Source: Bacillus subtilis subsp. subtilis str. 168 (lineage in GTDB: Bacteria > Bacillota > Bacilli > Bacillales > Bacillaceae). From it: 32,000 nt of DNA. The position numbers and the translations under genes were made by a program. Below the pieces are notes generated by a model. It was not told the DNA's origin, searched no databases, and saw nothing but the letters and a program-made list of their open reading frames with translations. This document shows positions 19,611 to 28,052 of the stretch, in pieces. Numbering within the stretch: the stretch's first letter is position 1; the number at the start of each line of letters is the position of its first letter. Location: assembly GCF_000009045.1 (NCBI RefSeq), contig NC_000964.3:3570001-3602000 (forward strand), in the 5' to 3' direction.

Positions 19611-20363
19611 ATGAAAACACTGCGAACTCTATGTGTCCTGATGATTCTTTCAGGCGTTATTTTTTTCGGACTTAAAATAGATGCAAAAGATATAGATATT
19701 CCTTTTTTGAACAGCCTTAAAAAAGTGGTTTCTGATAGCGATACAGACTCAGCTGCGAATAGCAAAAAGGAGCTGAAGGGAAGCGCAAAACCGCTGGATG
19801 TCATCCTTTACAATCAAATGGACGCACCCCGGCTCTATAACGGCTGTGAAGTAACAAGCCTTGCGATGGTGCTGAATTATGCGGGATACGACGTGACAAA
19901 AAATACCCTGGCAAATCAGGTTGCCACAGTGCCTTTGACATACAGCAGCGGATTAAAGGGTGATCCGAATGACGGATTTGTCGGGGATATGGCGAATGGC
20001 CCTGGTCTCGGTGTCTACCATCGACCGATCTATCAGCTGGCGAAAACCTATGCGGGAGACAAAGTGTCTGATCTGACTGGAAAAAGTATTTCCGCTGTTT
20101 ATCAGCAGCTTGAAAAAGGCAATCCAGTTTGGGTTATTACGACAGCCAACTTTACGCCAGTTGACAACATGCAGACATGGAAAACGCCAAACGGAACGAT
20201 AGAAATTACGTACAGCGAACACAGCGTCGCCGTTACGGGATATGATGATAAATATGTGTATCTCAATGATCCGTATGGCTATAAAAACAGAAAAACCGAT
20301 AGAACAAGCTTTGAAAAAGCGTGGAAACAAATGGGCAGCCAGGCCGTGGTTATTCAAAAGTAA
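19611..20363 (+). CDS. yvpB: YvpB, exported or membrane-anchored peptidase C39-like (cysteine protease fold) protein, 250 aa
   Basis: ATG 19611 is preceded by AAGGAG (19599-19604), and a hydrophobic N-terminus MKTLRTLCVLMILSGVIFFGL follows immediately. C39-like motifs YNQMDAPRLYNGCEVTSLAMVL (Gln/Cys) and HSVAVTGYDD (His). The 30 extra upstream codons in the ORF track lack an RBS. Confidence 0.9.
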   Translation: MKTLRTLCVLMILSGVIFFGLKIDAKDIDIPFLNSLKKVVSDSDTDSAANSKKELKGSAKPLDVILYNQMDAPRLYNGCEVTSLAMVLNYAGYDVTKNTLANQVATVPLTYSSGLKGDPNDGFVGDMANGPGLGVYHRPIYQLAKTYAGDKVSDLTGKSISAVYQQLEKGNPVWVITTANFTPVDNMQTWKTPNGTIEITYSEHSVAVTGYDDKYVYLNDPYGYKNRKTDRTSFEKAWKQMGSQAVVIQK

Positions 20364-20471
20364 ACACCTGAAGCCTCACTATGCTCTATTCTGAGCAAAT
20401 ACGACAATATTCATGCTTTTTGTATCAATCGGTAAGATCGATTCATTTTCCATTTTTCACCCAAAATTGTC

Positions 20472-20500
20472 TTTACTTTCAGGCTGTCTGTTTTTATGAT
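20472..20500 (+). promoter_or_regulatory. Candidate sigma-A promoter for pelC
   Basis: TTTACT (20472-20477) - 17 nt - TATGAT (20495-20500). Motif match only. Confidence 0.3.
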
Positions 20501-20602
20501 TAAAGCAGATTCAGCCTTGCCCCGATCTATGCGAGAGAAGCCGGTGCAAGTCGCTGACGCTTCTCTTGCAAAAAATGAAAGATATCCGGGGAGGATTTAT
20601 CA

Positions 20603-21268
20603 TTGAAAAAAATCGTGTCTATCCTATTTATGTTCGGTTTGGTTATGGGTTTCAGCCAGTTTCAGCCATCAACCGTTTTTGCAGCTGACAAAGTGGTGCA
20701 CGAAACAATTATCGTACCAAAAAATACAACATATGACGGGAAAGGACAGCGGTTTGTGGCAGGGAAAGAATTAGGTGACGGAAGCCAGTCAGAAAACCAA
20801 GACCCTGTTTTTCGTGTGGAGGATGGAGCAACCCTGAAAAATGTGGTGCTTGGTGCACCTGCAGCTGATGGCGTGCACACTTATGGAAACGTTAACATTC
20901 AGAATGTGAAATGGGAAGATGTTGGTGAGGATGCGTTAACGGTGAAGAAGGAAGGAAAAGTGACGATCGACGGCGGTTCTGCTCAAAAAGCGTCAGATAA
21001 GATATTCCAAATCAATAAAGCCAGTACCTTCACAGTGAAAAATTTCACGGCGGATAATGGCGGGAAGTTCATTAGACAGCTTGGTGGTTCAACCTTCCAC
21101 GTTGATGTGATCATCGACAAGTGCACCATCACAAACATGAAGGAAGCGATATTCCGGACGGACAGCAAAACAAGCACGGTCAGAATGACAAATACACGCT
21201 ACTCTAATGTCGGTCAAAAATGGATTGGTGTTCAGCATATTTACGAAAACAACAACACTCAATTTTAA
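20603..21268 (+). CDS. pelC: Pectate lyase C (polysaccharide lyase family 3), secreted, 221 aa, TTG start
   Basis: GGGGAGGA RBS 7 nt upstream of TTG 20603. Signal peptide MKKIVSILFMFGLVMGFSQFQPSTVFA. Remembered PelC/YvpA sequence. Confidence 0.93.
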   Translation: MKKIVSILFMFGLVMGFSQFQPSTVFAADKVVHETIIVPKNTTYDGKGQRFVAGKELGDGSQSENQDPVFRVEDGATLKNVVLGAPAADGVHTYGNVNIQNVKWEDVGEDALTVKKEGKVTIDGGSAQKASDKIFQINKASTFTVKNFTADNGGKFIRQLGGSTFHVDVIIDKCTITNMKEAIFRTDSKTSTVRMTNTRYSNVGQKWIGVQHIYENNNTQF

Positions 21269-21271
21269 CAA

Positions 21272-21305
21272 AAAAAGTCCGCTGATGTTATTCAGCGGAC
21301 TTTTT
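21272..21305. terminator. Bidirectional rho-independent terminator shared by convergent pelC and yvoF
   Basis: AAAAA-GTCCGCTGA (21277-21285)-tgttat-TCAGCGGAC (21292-21300)-TTTTT. The hairpin contains the last codons and the stop of yvoF (stop 21288-21290). Confidence 0.85.
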
Positions 21306-21806
21306 CAATCTTTCTTGCATTTCTTCCTTCGTATAGATGATCCTCATCGGATTTCCGCCGACAAATGCCCCGTCAGGCACATCCTTATGGACAAGCGTTC
21401 CGGCGGACACAACTGCGCCATCTCCTATTTTCACCCCGGGCAGAATGGTCGTGTTGGCACCAATCATCACTTCGTCCCCGATCAGAACTTTGCCGATCCG
21501 GTATTCGTGAATCAAATACTCATGGGCCAGAATGGTCGTATTGTACCCGATGATTGTATTTGTTCCGACTGAGATCTTTTCCGGAAACATGATATCTGGC
21601 ATCACCATGAGGGCAAAGGATGTCTGTTTTCCAACCTTCATCCGCAGAAATGTGCGGTACAGCCAGTTTTTCATCCCTATAAACGGCGTATATCTCGCAA
21701 TTTGAATGACAATGAAATTTTTGACGACCTTTAAAAAAGGTACCGTTTGATAGACATGCCACAGTGAGTTGGCCCCCGAGACCGGATGACGATCTGTTTT
21801 TCTCAC
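21288..21806 (-). CDS. yvoF: YvoF, hexapeptide-repeat (left-handed beta-helix) O-acetyltransferase, 172 aa
   Basis: Hexapeptide-type repeats (IGDEVMIGANTTILPGVKIGDGAVVSAGTLV). Last gene of the hprK operon. Confidence 0.9.
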   Translation of the reverse strand: MRKTDRHPVSGANSLWHVYQTVPFLKVVKNFIVIQIARYTPFIGMKNWLYRTFLRMKVGKQTSFALMVMPDIMFPEKISVGTNTIIGYNTTILAHEYLIHEYRIGKVLIGDEVMIGANTTILPGVKIGDGAVVSAGTLVHKDVPDGAFVGGNPMRIIYTKEEMQERLKKSAE

Positions 21807-21809
21807 AGA

Positions 21810-22460
21810 TTACTTCACTCCAACGATTTGTAATAGATCACTCATTTTCTCAAGCATAAAATCCGGCTCATGCTTCGCCAGCATTTCCGGCCCTTTAATC
21901 GTCCATGCGACTCCTGCCGTTTTTGTACCGGCGTTTTTCCCTGCCAGCACATCATGGTAATTATCACCGACCATAATGGCTTCCGCCGGCTCGCTTCCTA
22001 GCTGTTTCAGCGCTAACAGCACAGGCTCGGGATCAGGCTTTGCATTCGTCACATCATCAAGGGTGACAACTGTTTCAAAGAATTCGCCGATTCCCGTGAG
22101 CTTGAGGCCCATATTGACAGTATCTCTTAATTTTGTTGTCACAATTCCTAATGTAAAGCCGGCTTTTTTTAATGCATCCAGGGTCTCATATACCGTTTCA
22201 TATTCAGTGACGAGTGAATCATGCATGTCATGATTGTACGCTCTGTACATAGCGATCATATCCTCGCATTTATCAGGGTCCATCGAAGAGAACGTATCAA
22301 AAAGAGACGGCCCGATAAATGCAAGGACATCTTCTCGTTTATACTTGCTCGGATAATAATGCTCCAGTGTATGCAAAAAGGACGCGATAATTAATTCATT
22401 CGTATTAATAAGCGTTCCGTCTAAATCAAACAGAATCGTCGTTACTTGTTTGTCACTCAT
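21810..22460 (-). CDS. ppaX: Pyrophosphatase PpaX (HprP), HAD superfamily, 216 aa
   Basis: HAD motif I DLDGTL. ATG 22460 follows a GGAAAGGAAG RBS and forms an ATGA overlap with the yvoD stop. The longer start in the ORF track would lie inside yvoD. Confidence 0.93.
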
Positions 22461-23395
22461 ATTGCTTCCTTTCCAACCGCTGAGGGTTTCCATTTTTTCC
22501 ACGTGTGCGCAATAGCCATTGTCAGCAGAACTGCTGTGGTGACACGAATCAAAAGAAGCGGCCAGACCGGTATGCCAAGCGGAATAAAGACAAGTGTATC
22601 TTCCACGACCGCGTGGCAGGCAACGAGAAATATAAATGCCAATGTCATGTCCCGCTTGCTCACGCCGTCATCCTCGACAGCTTTGATCATGACACCCGCT
22701 CCGTAGGCCAGACCAATCGTCAGTCCCGTCACCATCGTCATAGACGTATTTTTATTCATGCCAAGCAGCTGCGTAAACGGCGACAGCCACCTGGAAAACC
22801 GATAAAGCCAGCCTAAATCTCTTAAAAACTGGATGATAATCATCAGCGGGATCACTATTGCCGCCAGCTGCAAAACACCAAGTCCGGCTTTCGTTAATGC
22901 TTCTGCCAACATTCCTAGCCAGCTGTCTGGCGCCGCGCTCTTCGCAGCGATAAAACCGTACTGCGCCGTTTCCTTTCCGCCATGCCAAATGAGGTTGATG
23001 ACGATGGCTGACACAGCGGCCAAACCGATGCGCACGGCCAATATGACGCCAATTCTGATACCAACCTTTGCGGCAACTGTCGATTCGATAATCAAGTTAT
23101 GACAGAAAGAAAGCATAACAGCTAAAATAAAGACTTCTTTCACAGATAAATCCAATGTTAAAATCCCGGCAATTCCCGCATACAGATTCAGCATATTTCC
23201 CAGTACAAGCGGAATGGCCGCTTCACCAGAAAGCCCGAAGAGACCCATTACCGGTGTGATCAGCCGTACAAGCCAATCCATGACAGGGGTATGCTGGAGC
23301 AAAGTGACCAATAGCGTTACCGGGAAAATCACTTTACCCAGCGTCCATGTTGTTTGAAAACCTGCTGCAAGACCGGCCAGAAAGATCTTCTTCAT
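22457..23395 (-). CDS. yvoD: YvoD, polytopic membrane protein (nucleoside-recognition/Gate-type domain family), 312 aa
   Basis: Highly hydrophobic multi-helix sequence. Position between lgt and ppaX. Confidence 0.88.
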
Positions 23396-23418
23396 CCCTC
23401 ATCCCCCTTTGTTGACGT

Positions 23419-24228
23419 CTACTCCGCGTACCGCTCCTTCGAGTATCCCTTGACGCGTCTGAAGATGATGGCTGCCACAGCCAAAACAATCAATACGATT
23501 GAAATCACCTGAGCGATGCGAAGTGAATCAGTCAGCATTAAGCTGTCAGTCCGCATTCCTTCAATAAAGTATCTTCCGATTGAATACCAAATGATATAGA
23601 TCAAGAACATCTCGCCTCTACGCAAATTCGCTCTGCGCAGCAGCAGTAAAACAATGACGCCGACAAAGCTCCATAGTGATTCATATAAAAAAGTAGGATG
23701 ATAATATTGCCCATTGATATACATTTGATTGATGATAAATTCAGGCAGGTGCAGGTTTTCTAAAAAGGCTCTGCTGACAGCCTCGCCGTGCGCTTCCTGA
23801 TTCATGAAGTTCCCCCAGCGGCCGATCGCCTGGCCGAGCAAAATGCTGGGCGCGGCAATATCCGCAAGCTTCCAGAACGAAAGGTTTTTCACTCTCGAAA
23901 ACACATAACCCGTTAAAATGGCGCCGATTAATCCGCCATGAATGGCAATGCCGCCCTTCCAAATCTTAATGATTTCTCCCGGATGTGCCGCATAATAGTC
24001 CCATTCAAAGGCAACATAATAAATTCGTGCGCAAATAATCGCAATTGGAATGGCAAACAGGACAAGATCAATAAACGTATCTTTCTGCAGCCCCCGTTTT
24101 TCACTTTCCCTCATCGCTATCCACAGCCCGAGCAAAGCGCCGAGACCGATAATGATTCCGTACCAGTGGACGGCTAACGGCCCCAGCTGAAATGCTATCG
24201 GATTGAGTGGTTCTATCGCTTCATTCAT
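23419..24228 (-). CDS. lgt: Prolipoprotein diacylglyceryl transferase, 269 aa
   Basis: Typical Lgt sequence ([10 protein letters not shown]..., [15 protein letters not shown]). Follows hprK. Confidence 0.95.
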
Positions 24229-24241
24229 TTAACGCCAACTC

Positions 24242-25174
24242 CTATTCTTCTTGTTCACCGTCTTCAATGACGTCCGCCAGCTTGTTGGTAAATTGTTCAG
24301 CGGCATTCAGCCCCATCCGCTTCAATCTGAAGTTCATTGCTGCCACTTCGATGATGACTGCAAGATTTCGGCCTGGGCGGACGGGAATCGTCAGTTTTGT
24401 AATTTCTGTATCAATGATTTTCATGGTCTCTTCCTCAAGTCCGAGCCGGTCGTATTGCTTGCCCTGCTCCCAGAGTTCAAGATTCATGACAATCGTGATT
24501 CGTTTATTGCTTCTGACCGCGCCAGCGCCAAATAGCGTCATCACATTGATAATGCCAAGGCCCCTGATCTCAAGAAGGTGCTCAATTAATTCCGGAGCGT
24601 TTCCCACAAGAGTATCCTGATCCTCCTGCCGTATTTCAACGCAATCATCGGCAACAAGGCGATGCCCTCTTTTCACAAGCTCTAGCGCTGTTTCGCTTTT
24701 TCCGACGCCGCTTTTTCCTGTGATCAGCACGCCGACACCATATATATCGACAAGAACGCCATGAATTGCTGTGGTAGGCGCCAGCCTGCTCTCAAGGAAG
24801 TTGGTTAAACGGCTTGACAGTCTTGTCGTTTTCAGCGGCGATCTGAGGACAGGCACCCCATTTTTCTCGGAGGCGTCAATCAGCTCCTGCGGGATGGGCA
24901 TATCTCTAGAAAGAATAATAGCTGGTGTTACATCAGTGCACAGAGAATCCATTCGCTGCTTTTTCTCCTCTTCAGGAAGCTGTTCAAAGAAAGAAAGCTC
25001 TGTTTTTCCGAGAAGCTGCACGCGCTCCCTCGGGTAATATGTAAAATATCCGGCAATTTCAATACCTGGTCTTGATAGGTCACTCATTGTAATCGGGCGG
25101 TTAATTCCTTCTTCTCCGCTGATTAATTCCAAATTGAACTGTTCCATTACGTCTTTTGTGCGAACCTTTGCCAC
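24242..25174 (-). CDS. hprK: HPr kinase/phosphorylase, 310 aa, GTG start
   Basis: P-loop GKSGVGKSE and the HprK signature region. AGGAGGAAC RBS 5 nt upstream of GTG 25174. Confidence 0.95.
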   Translation of the reverse strand: MAKVRTKDVMEQFNLELISGEEGINRPITMSDLSRPGIEIAGYFTYYPRERVQLLGKTELSFFEQLPEEEKKQRMDSLCTDVTPAIILSRDMPIPQELIDASEKNGVPVLRSPLKTTRLSSRLTNFLESRLAPTTAIHGVLVDIYGVGVLITGKSGVGKSETALELVKRGHRLVADDCVEIRQEDQDTLVGNAPELIEHLLEIRGLGIINVMTLFGAGAVRSNKRITIVMNLELWEQGKQYDRLGLEEETMKIIDTEITKLTIPVRPGRNLAVIIEVAAMNFRLKRMGLNAAEQFTNKLADVIEDGEQEE

Positions 25175-25224
25175 GATATGTTCCTCCTGTTCCGGGCTGC
25201 CCCGAGCTTGCTCACAATACTTTC

Positions 25225-25233
25225 ATTTTATCA
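25225..25233 (-). promoter_or_regulatory. Candidate extended -10 element for the hprK operon
   Basis: Minus strand reads TGaTAAAAT (25233-25225), about 50 nt upstream of the hprK GTG. The -35 is weak (TTTAGG). Motif match only. Confidence 0.35.
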
Positions 25234-25284
25234 CTTTCGGGCTTGAACCTAAAACAGATTTTATAAAAGGGGGGAAAACACCTC

Positions 25285-25301
25285 AGCTGGTCTAGATCAC
25301 T
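25285..25301 (+). promoter_or_regulatory. NagR (YvoA) operator, dre-type site, upstream of nagA
   Basis: AGCTGGTCTAGATCACT closely matches the GntR/HutC dre consensus A(G/C)TGGTCTAGACCACT. Lies 55 nt upstream of the nagA ATG and just upstream of a TAAAAT -10-like hexamer (25316-25321). Confidence 0.7.
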
Positions 25302-25355
25302 AGTCTGAAAAAGAGTAAAATAAAGGTATTCAAATTCCAGAAAGGCGGATCATCT

Positions 25356-26546
25356 ATGGCAGAGAGTCTTCTTATCAAAGACATTGCGATCGTGACAGAA
25401 AATGAAGTAATCAAAAACGGCTATGTCGGAATCAATGACGGAAAAATCAGCACAGTTTCAACAGAACGGCCCAAGGAGCCATATTCAAAAGAGATTCAAG
25501 CACCTGCGGATTCCGTTTTGCTTCCCGGCATGATTGACATTCATATCCACGGCGGCTATGGCGCAGATACAATGGATGCTAGCTTTTCCACGCTCGACAT
25601 CATGTCGTCAAGACTGCCCGAAGAAGGCACGACGAGCTTTTTAGCCACAACGATTACCCAAGAGCATGGGAACATTTCTCAAGCTTTGGTGAACGCAAGA
25701 GAGTGGAAAGCGGCTGAAGAGTCCTCTTTATTAGGTGCAGAACTGCTCGGCATTCATTTAGAGGGCCCCTTTGTTTCGCCTAAAAGAGCCGGAGCGCAGC
25801 CAAAGGAGTGGATTAGGCCTTCGGATGTTGAGCTTTTCAAAAAGTGGCAGCAGGAGGCGGGCGGACTGATCAAAATTGTTACACTTGCGCCGGAGGAGGA
25901 TCAGCATTTTGAACTGATCCGCCATTTGAAAGACGAATCGATTATCGCATCCATGGGGCACACGGATGCCGATTCCGCATTGCTGTCGGATGCCGCAAAA
26001 GCAGGGGCGAGCCATATGACTCATCTGTACAACGCGATGAGCCCGTTTCATCACCGAGAGCCCGGAGTGATCGGAACGGCGCTGGCCCATGATGGGTTTG
26101 TGACAGAGCTTATCGCCGATGGCATTCACTCCCATCCTTTAGCTGCAAAGCTTGCTTTTTTGGCGAAAGGCAGCAGCAAGCTCATTTTAATTACCGATTC
26201 CATGAGGGCAAAAGGACTGAAAGACGGCGTATATGAGTTCGGCGGCCAAAGTGTGACGGTAAGAGGACGAACAGCACTTCTTTCAGACGGAACCCTTGCC
26301 GGTTCGATCCTCAAAATGAACGAAGGCGCACGGCATATGCGTGAGTTTACAAATTGCTCTTGGACGGATATAGCTAATATAACTTCTGAAAACGCGGCCA
26401 AACAGCTGGGCATCTTTGACCGAAAAGGCAGTGTGACTGTGGGAAAAGATGCAGATTTGGTGATTGTCAGCAGTGATTGCGAGGTGATTCTCACCATTTG
26501 CCGCGGAAACATTGCATTTATATCCAAGGAGGCTGACCAGATATGA
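25356..26546 (+). CDS. nagA: N-acetylglucosamine-6-phosphate deacetylase, 396 aa
   Basis: Amidohydrolase metal-binding motif DIHIHGG and full-length NagA-like sequence. 4-nt overlap with nagB. Confidence 0.95.
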   Translation: MAESLLIKDIAIVTENEVIKNGYVGINDGKISTVSTERPKEPYSKEIQAPADSVLLPGMIDIHIHGGYGADTMDASFSTLDIMSSRLPEEGTTSFLATTITQEHGNISQALVNAREWKAAEESSLLGAELLGIHLEGPFVSPKRAGAQPKEWIRPSDVELFKKWQQEAGGLIKIVTLAPEEDQHFELIRHLKDESIIASMGHTDADSALLSDAAKAGASHMTHLYNAMSPFHHREPGVIGTALAHDGFVTELIADGIHSHPLAAKLAFLAKGSSKLILITDSMRAKGLKDGVYEFGGQSVTVRGRTALLSDGTLAGSILKMNEGARHMREFTNCSWTDIANITSENAAKQLGIFDRKGSVTVGKDADLVIVSSDCEVILTICRGNIAFISKEADQI

Positions 26547-27271
26547 AAGTAATGGAATGTCAAACGTATGAAGAGCTAAGCCAAATAGCAGCCAGAATAA
26601 CGGCAGATACAATCAAAGAAAAACCTGATGCTGTTCTCGGTTTAGCGACGGGCGGCACACCGGAAGGCACGTATCGCCAGCTGATCCGCCTGCACCAAAC
26701 TGAGAATCTCTCATTTCAAAACATCACTACAGTTAATTTGGATGAGTACGCCGGACTTTCAAGCGATGACCCGAACAGCTATCACTTCTATATGAACGAC
26801 CGTTTTTTTCAGCATATCGACAGCAAGCCTAGCCGGCATTTTATTCCGAATGGAAATGCAGACGATTTGGAGGCCGAATGCAGACGGTATGAACAGCTAG
26901 TCGATTCCCTCGGCGACACTGACATTCAGCTTCTCGGCATCGGCCGAAACGGACACATCGGCTTTAACGAACCGGGAACGTCTTTCAAGTCGCGAACTCA
27001 TGTTGTGACATTAAATGAGCAAACCCGCCAAGCGAATGCCAGATATTTTCCCTCCATAGACAGCGTGCCGAAAAAAGCACTGACAATGGGAATTCAAACG
27101 ATACTCTCAAGCAAGCGCATTCTGCTGCTTATTTCTGGAAAAAGCAAAGCGGAAGCTGTTCGTAAGCTGTTAGAAGGAAACATAAGCGAAGATTTTCCCG
27201 CATCTGCTTTGCACCTGCATTCCGATGTTACGGTTTTGATTGATCGTGAAGCCGCGTCATTAAGACCTTGA
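26543..27271 (+). CDS. nagB: Glucosamine-6-phosphate deaminase, 242 aa
   Basis: Typical NagB sequence (LGLATGGTP, GIGRNGHIGFNEPG). Confidence 0.95.
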   Translation: MKVMECQTYEELSQIAARITADTIKEKPDAVLGLATGGTPEGTYRQLIRLHQTENLSFQNITTVNLDEYAGLSSDDPNSYHFYMNDRFFQHIDSKPSRHFIPNGNADDLEAECRRYEQLVDSLGDTDIQLLGIGRNGHIGFNEPGTSFKSRTHVVTLNEQTRQANARYFPSIDSVPKKALTMGIQTILSSKRILLLISGKSKAEAVRKLLEGNISEDFPASALHLHSDVTVLIDREAASLRP

Positions 27272-27288
27272 AAGGAACATGCTGACTT

Positions 27289-28020
27289 ATGAATATCAAT
27301 AAACAATCGCCTATTCCGATTTACTATCAGATTATGGAGCAATTAAAAACCCAAATTAAGAACGGAGAGCTGCAGCCGGATATGCCTCTTCCTTCTGAGC
27401 GCGAATATGCCGAACAATTCGGGATCAGCCGGATGACAGTTCGCCAGGCGCTTTCTAATTTAGTTAATGAAGGCTTGCTCTATCGCCTGAAAGGGCGGGG
27501 CACCTTTGTCAGCAAGCCAAAAATGGAACAAGCACTTCAAGGGCTGACAAGCTTTACCGAGGATATGAAAAGCCGCGGGATGACACCGGGCAGCAGGCTC
27601 ATTGATTATCAGCTTATTGATTCAACTGAGGAGCTCGCGGCTATATTAGGCTGCGGGCACCCCTCCTCTATCCATAAAATCACTCGGGTGCGGCTGGCAA
27701 ATGATATTCCGATGGCGATTGAGTCCTCACATATTCCGTTTGAGCTTGCGGGTGAATTGAACGAATCGCATTTTCAGTCGTCGATCTATGATCATATTGA
27801 AAGGTACAACAGCATACCGATTTCCCGTGCAAAACAGGAGCTTGAGCCAAGCGCTGCCACCACGGAAGAAGCGAATATTCTTGGTATTCAAAAGGGAGCG
27901 CCTGTCCTATTAATTAAACGAACAACATATCTGCAGAACGGAACTGCTTTTGAGCATGCAAAATCCGTATACAGAGGCGACCGTTATACATTTGTCCACT
28001 ATATGGATCGTCTTTCATAA
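27289..28020 (+). CDS. nagR: GntR/HutC-family repressor NagR (YvoA), 243 aa
   Basis: N-terminal winged HTH (LPSEREYAEQFGISRMTVRQALSNLVNEGLLYRLKGRGTFV) plus a UTRA effector domain. Third gene of the nag operon. Confidence 0.95.
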   Translation: MNINKQSPIPIYYQIMEQLKTQIKNGELQPDMPLPSEREYAEQFGISRMTVRQALSNLVNEGLLYRLKGRGTFVSKPKMEQALQGLTSFTEDMKSRGMTPGSRLIDYQLIDSTEELAAILGCGHPSSIHKITRVRLANDIPMAIESSHIPFELAGELNESHFQSSIYDHIERYNSIPISRAKQELEPSAATTEEANILGIQKGAPVLLIKRTTYLQNGTAFEHAKSVYRGDRYTFVHYMDRLS

Positions 28021-28052
28021 AAAAAGCCTCCAACCCTTTTTAAGGATTGGAG
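28019..28052 (-). terminator. Rho-independent terminator of yvnB, overlapping its last codons and abutting the nagR stop
   Basis: Minus-strand RNA CUCCAAUCC-uuaaaaa-GGGUUGGAG (one G-U) followed by GCUUUUUUU. The yvnB stop (28040-28042) lies in the loop. The same hairpin on the plus strand has no U-tract. Confidence 0.75.

Noticed and set aside
21207-21572. 121-aa plus-strand ORF overlapping the pelC 3' end and yvoF
   Set aside because: It is antisense to the hexapeptide-repeat acetyltransferase yvoF and reads through the bidirectional terminator, so it is implausible as a gene.
22505-23102. 103-aa and 89-aa plus-strand ORFs, and a 78-aa alternative-frame ORF
   Set aside because: They are antisense or out of frame within the membrane protein gene yvoD. 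They have no RBS, and their Arg/His-rich composition is typical of spurious frames.
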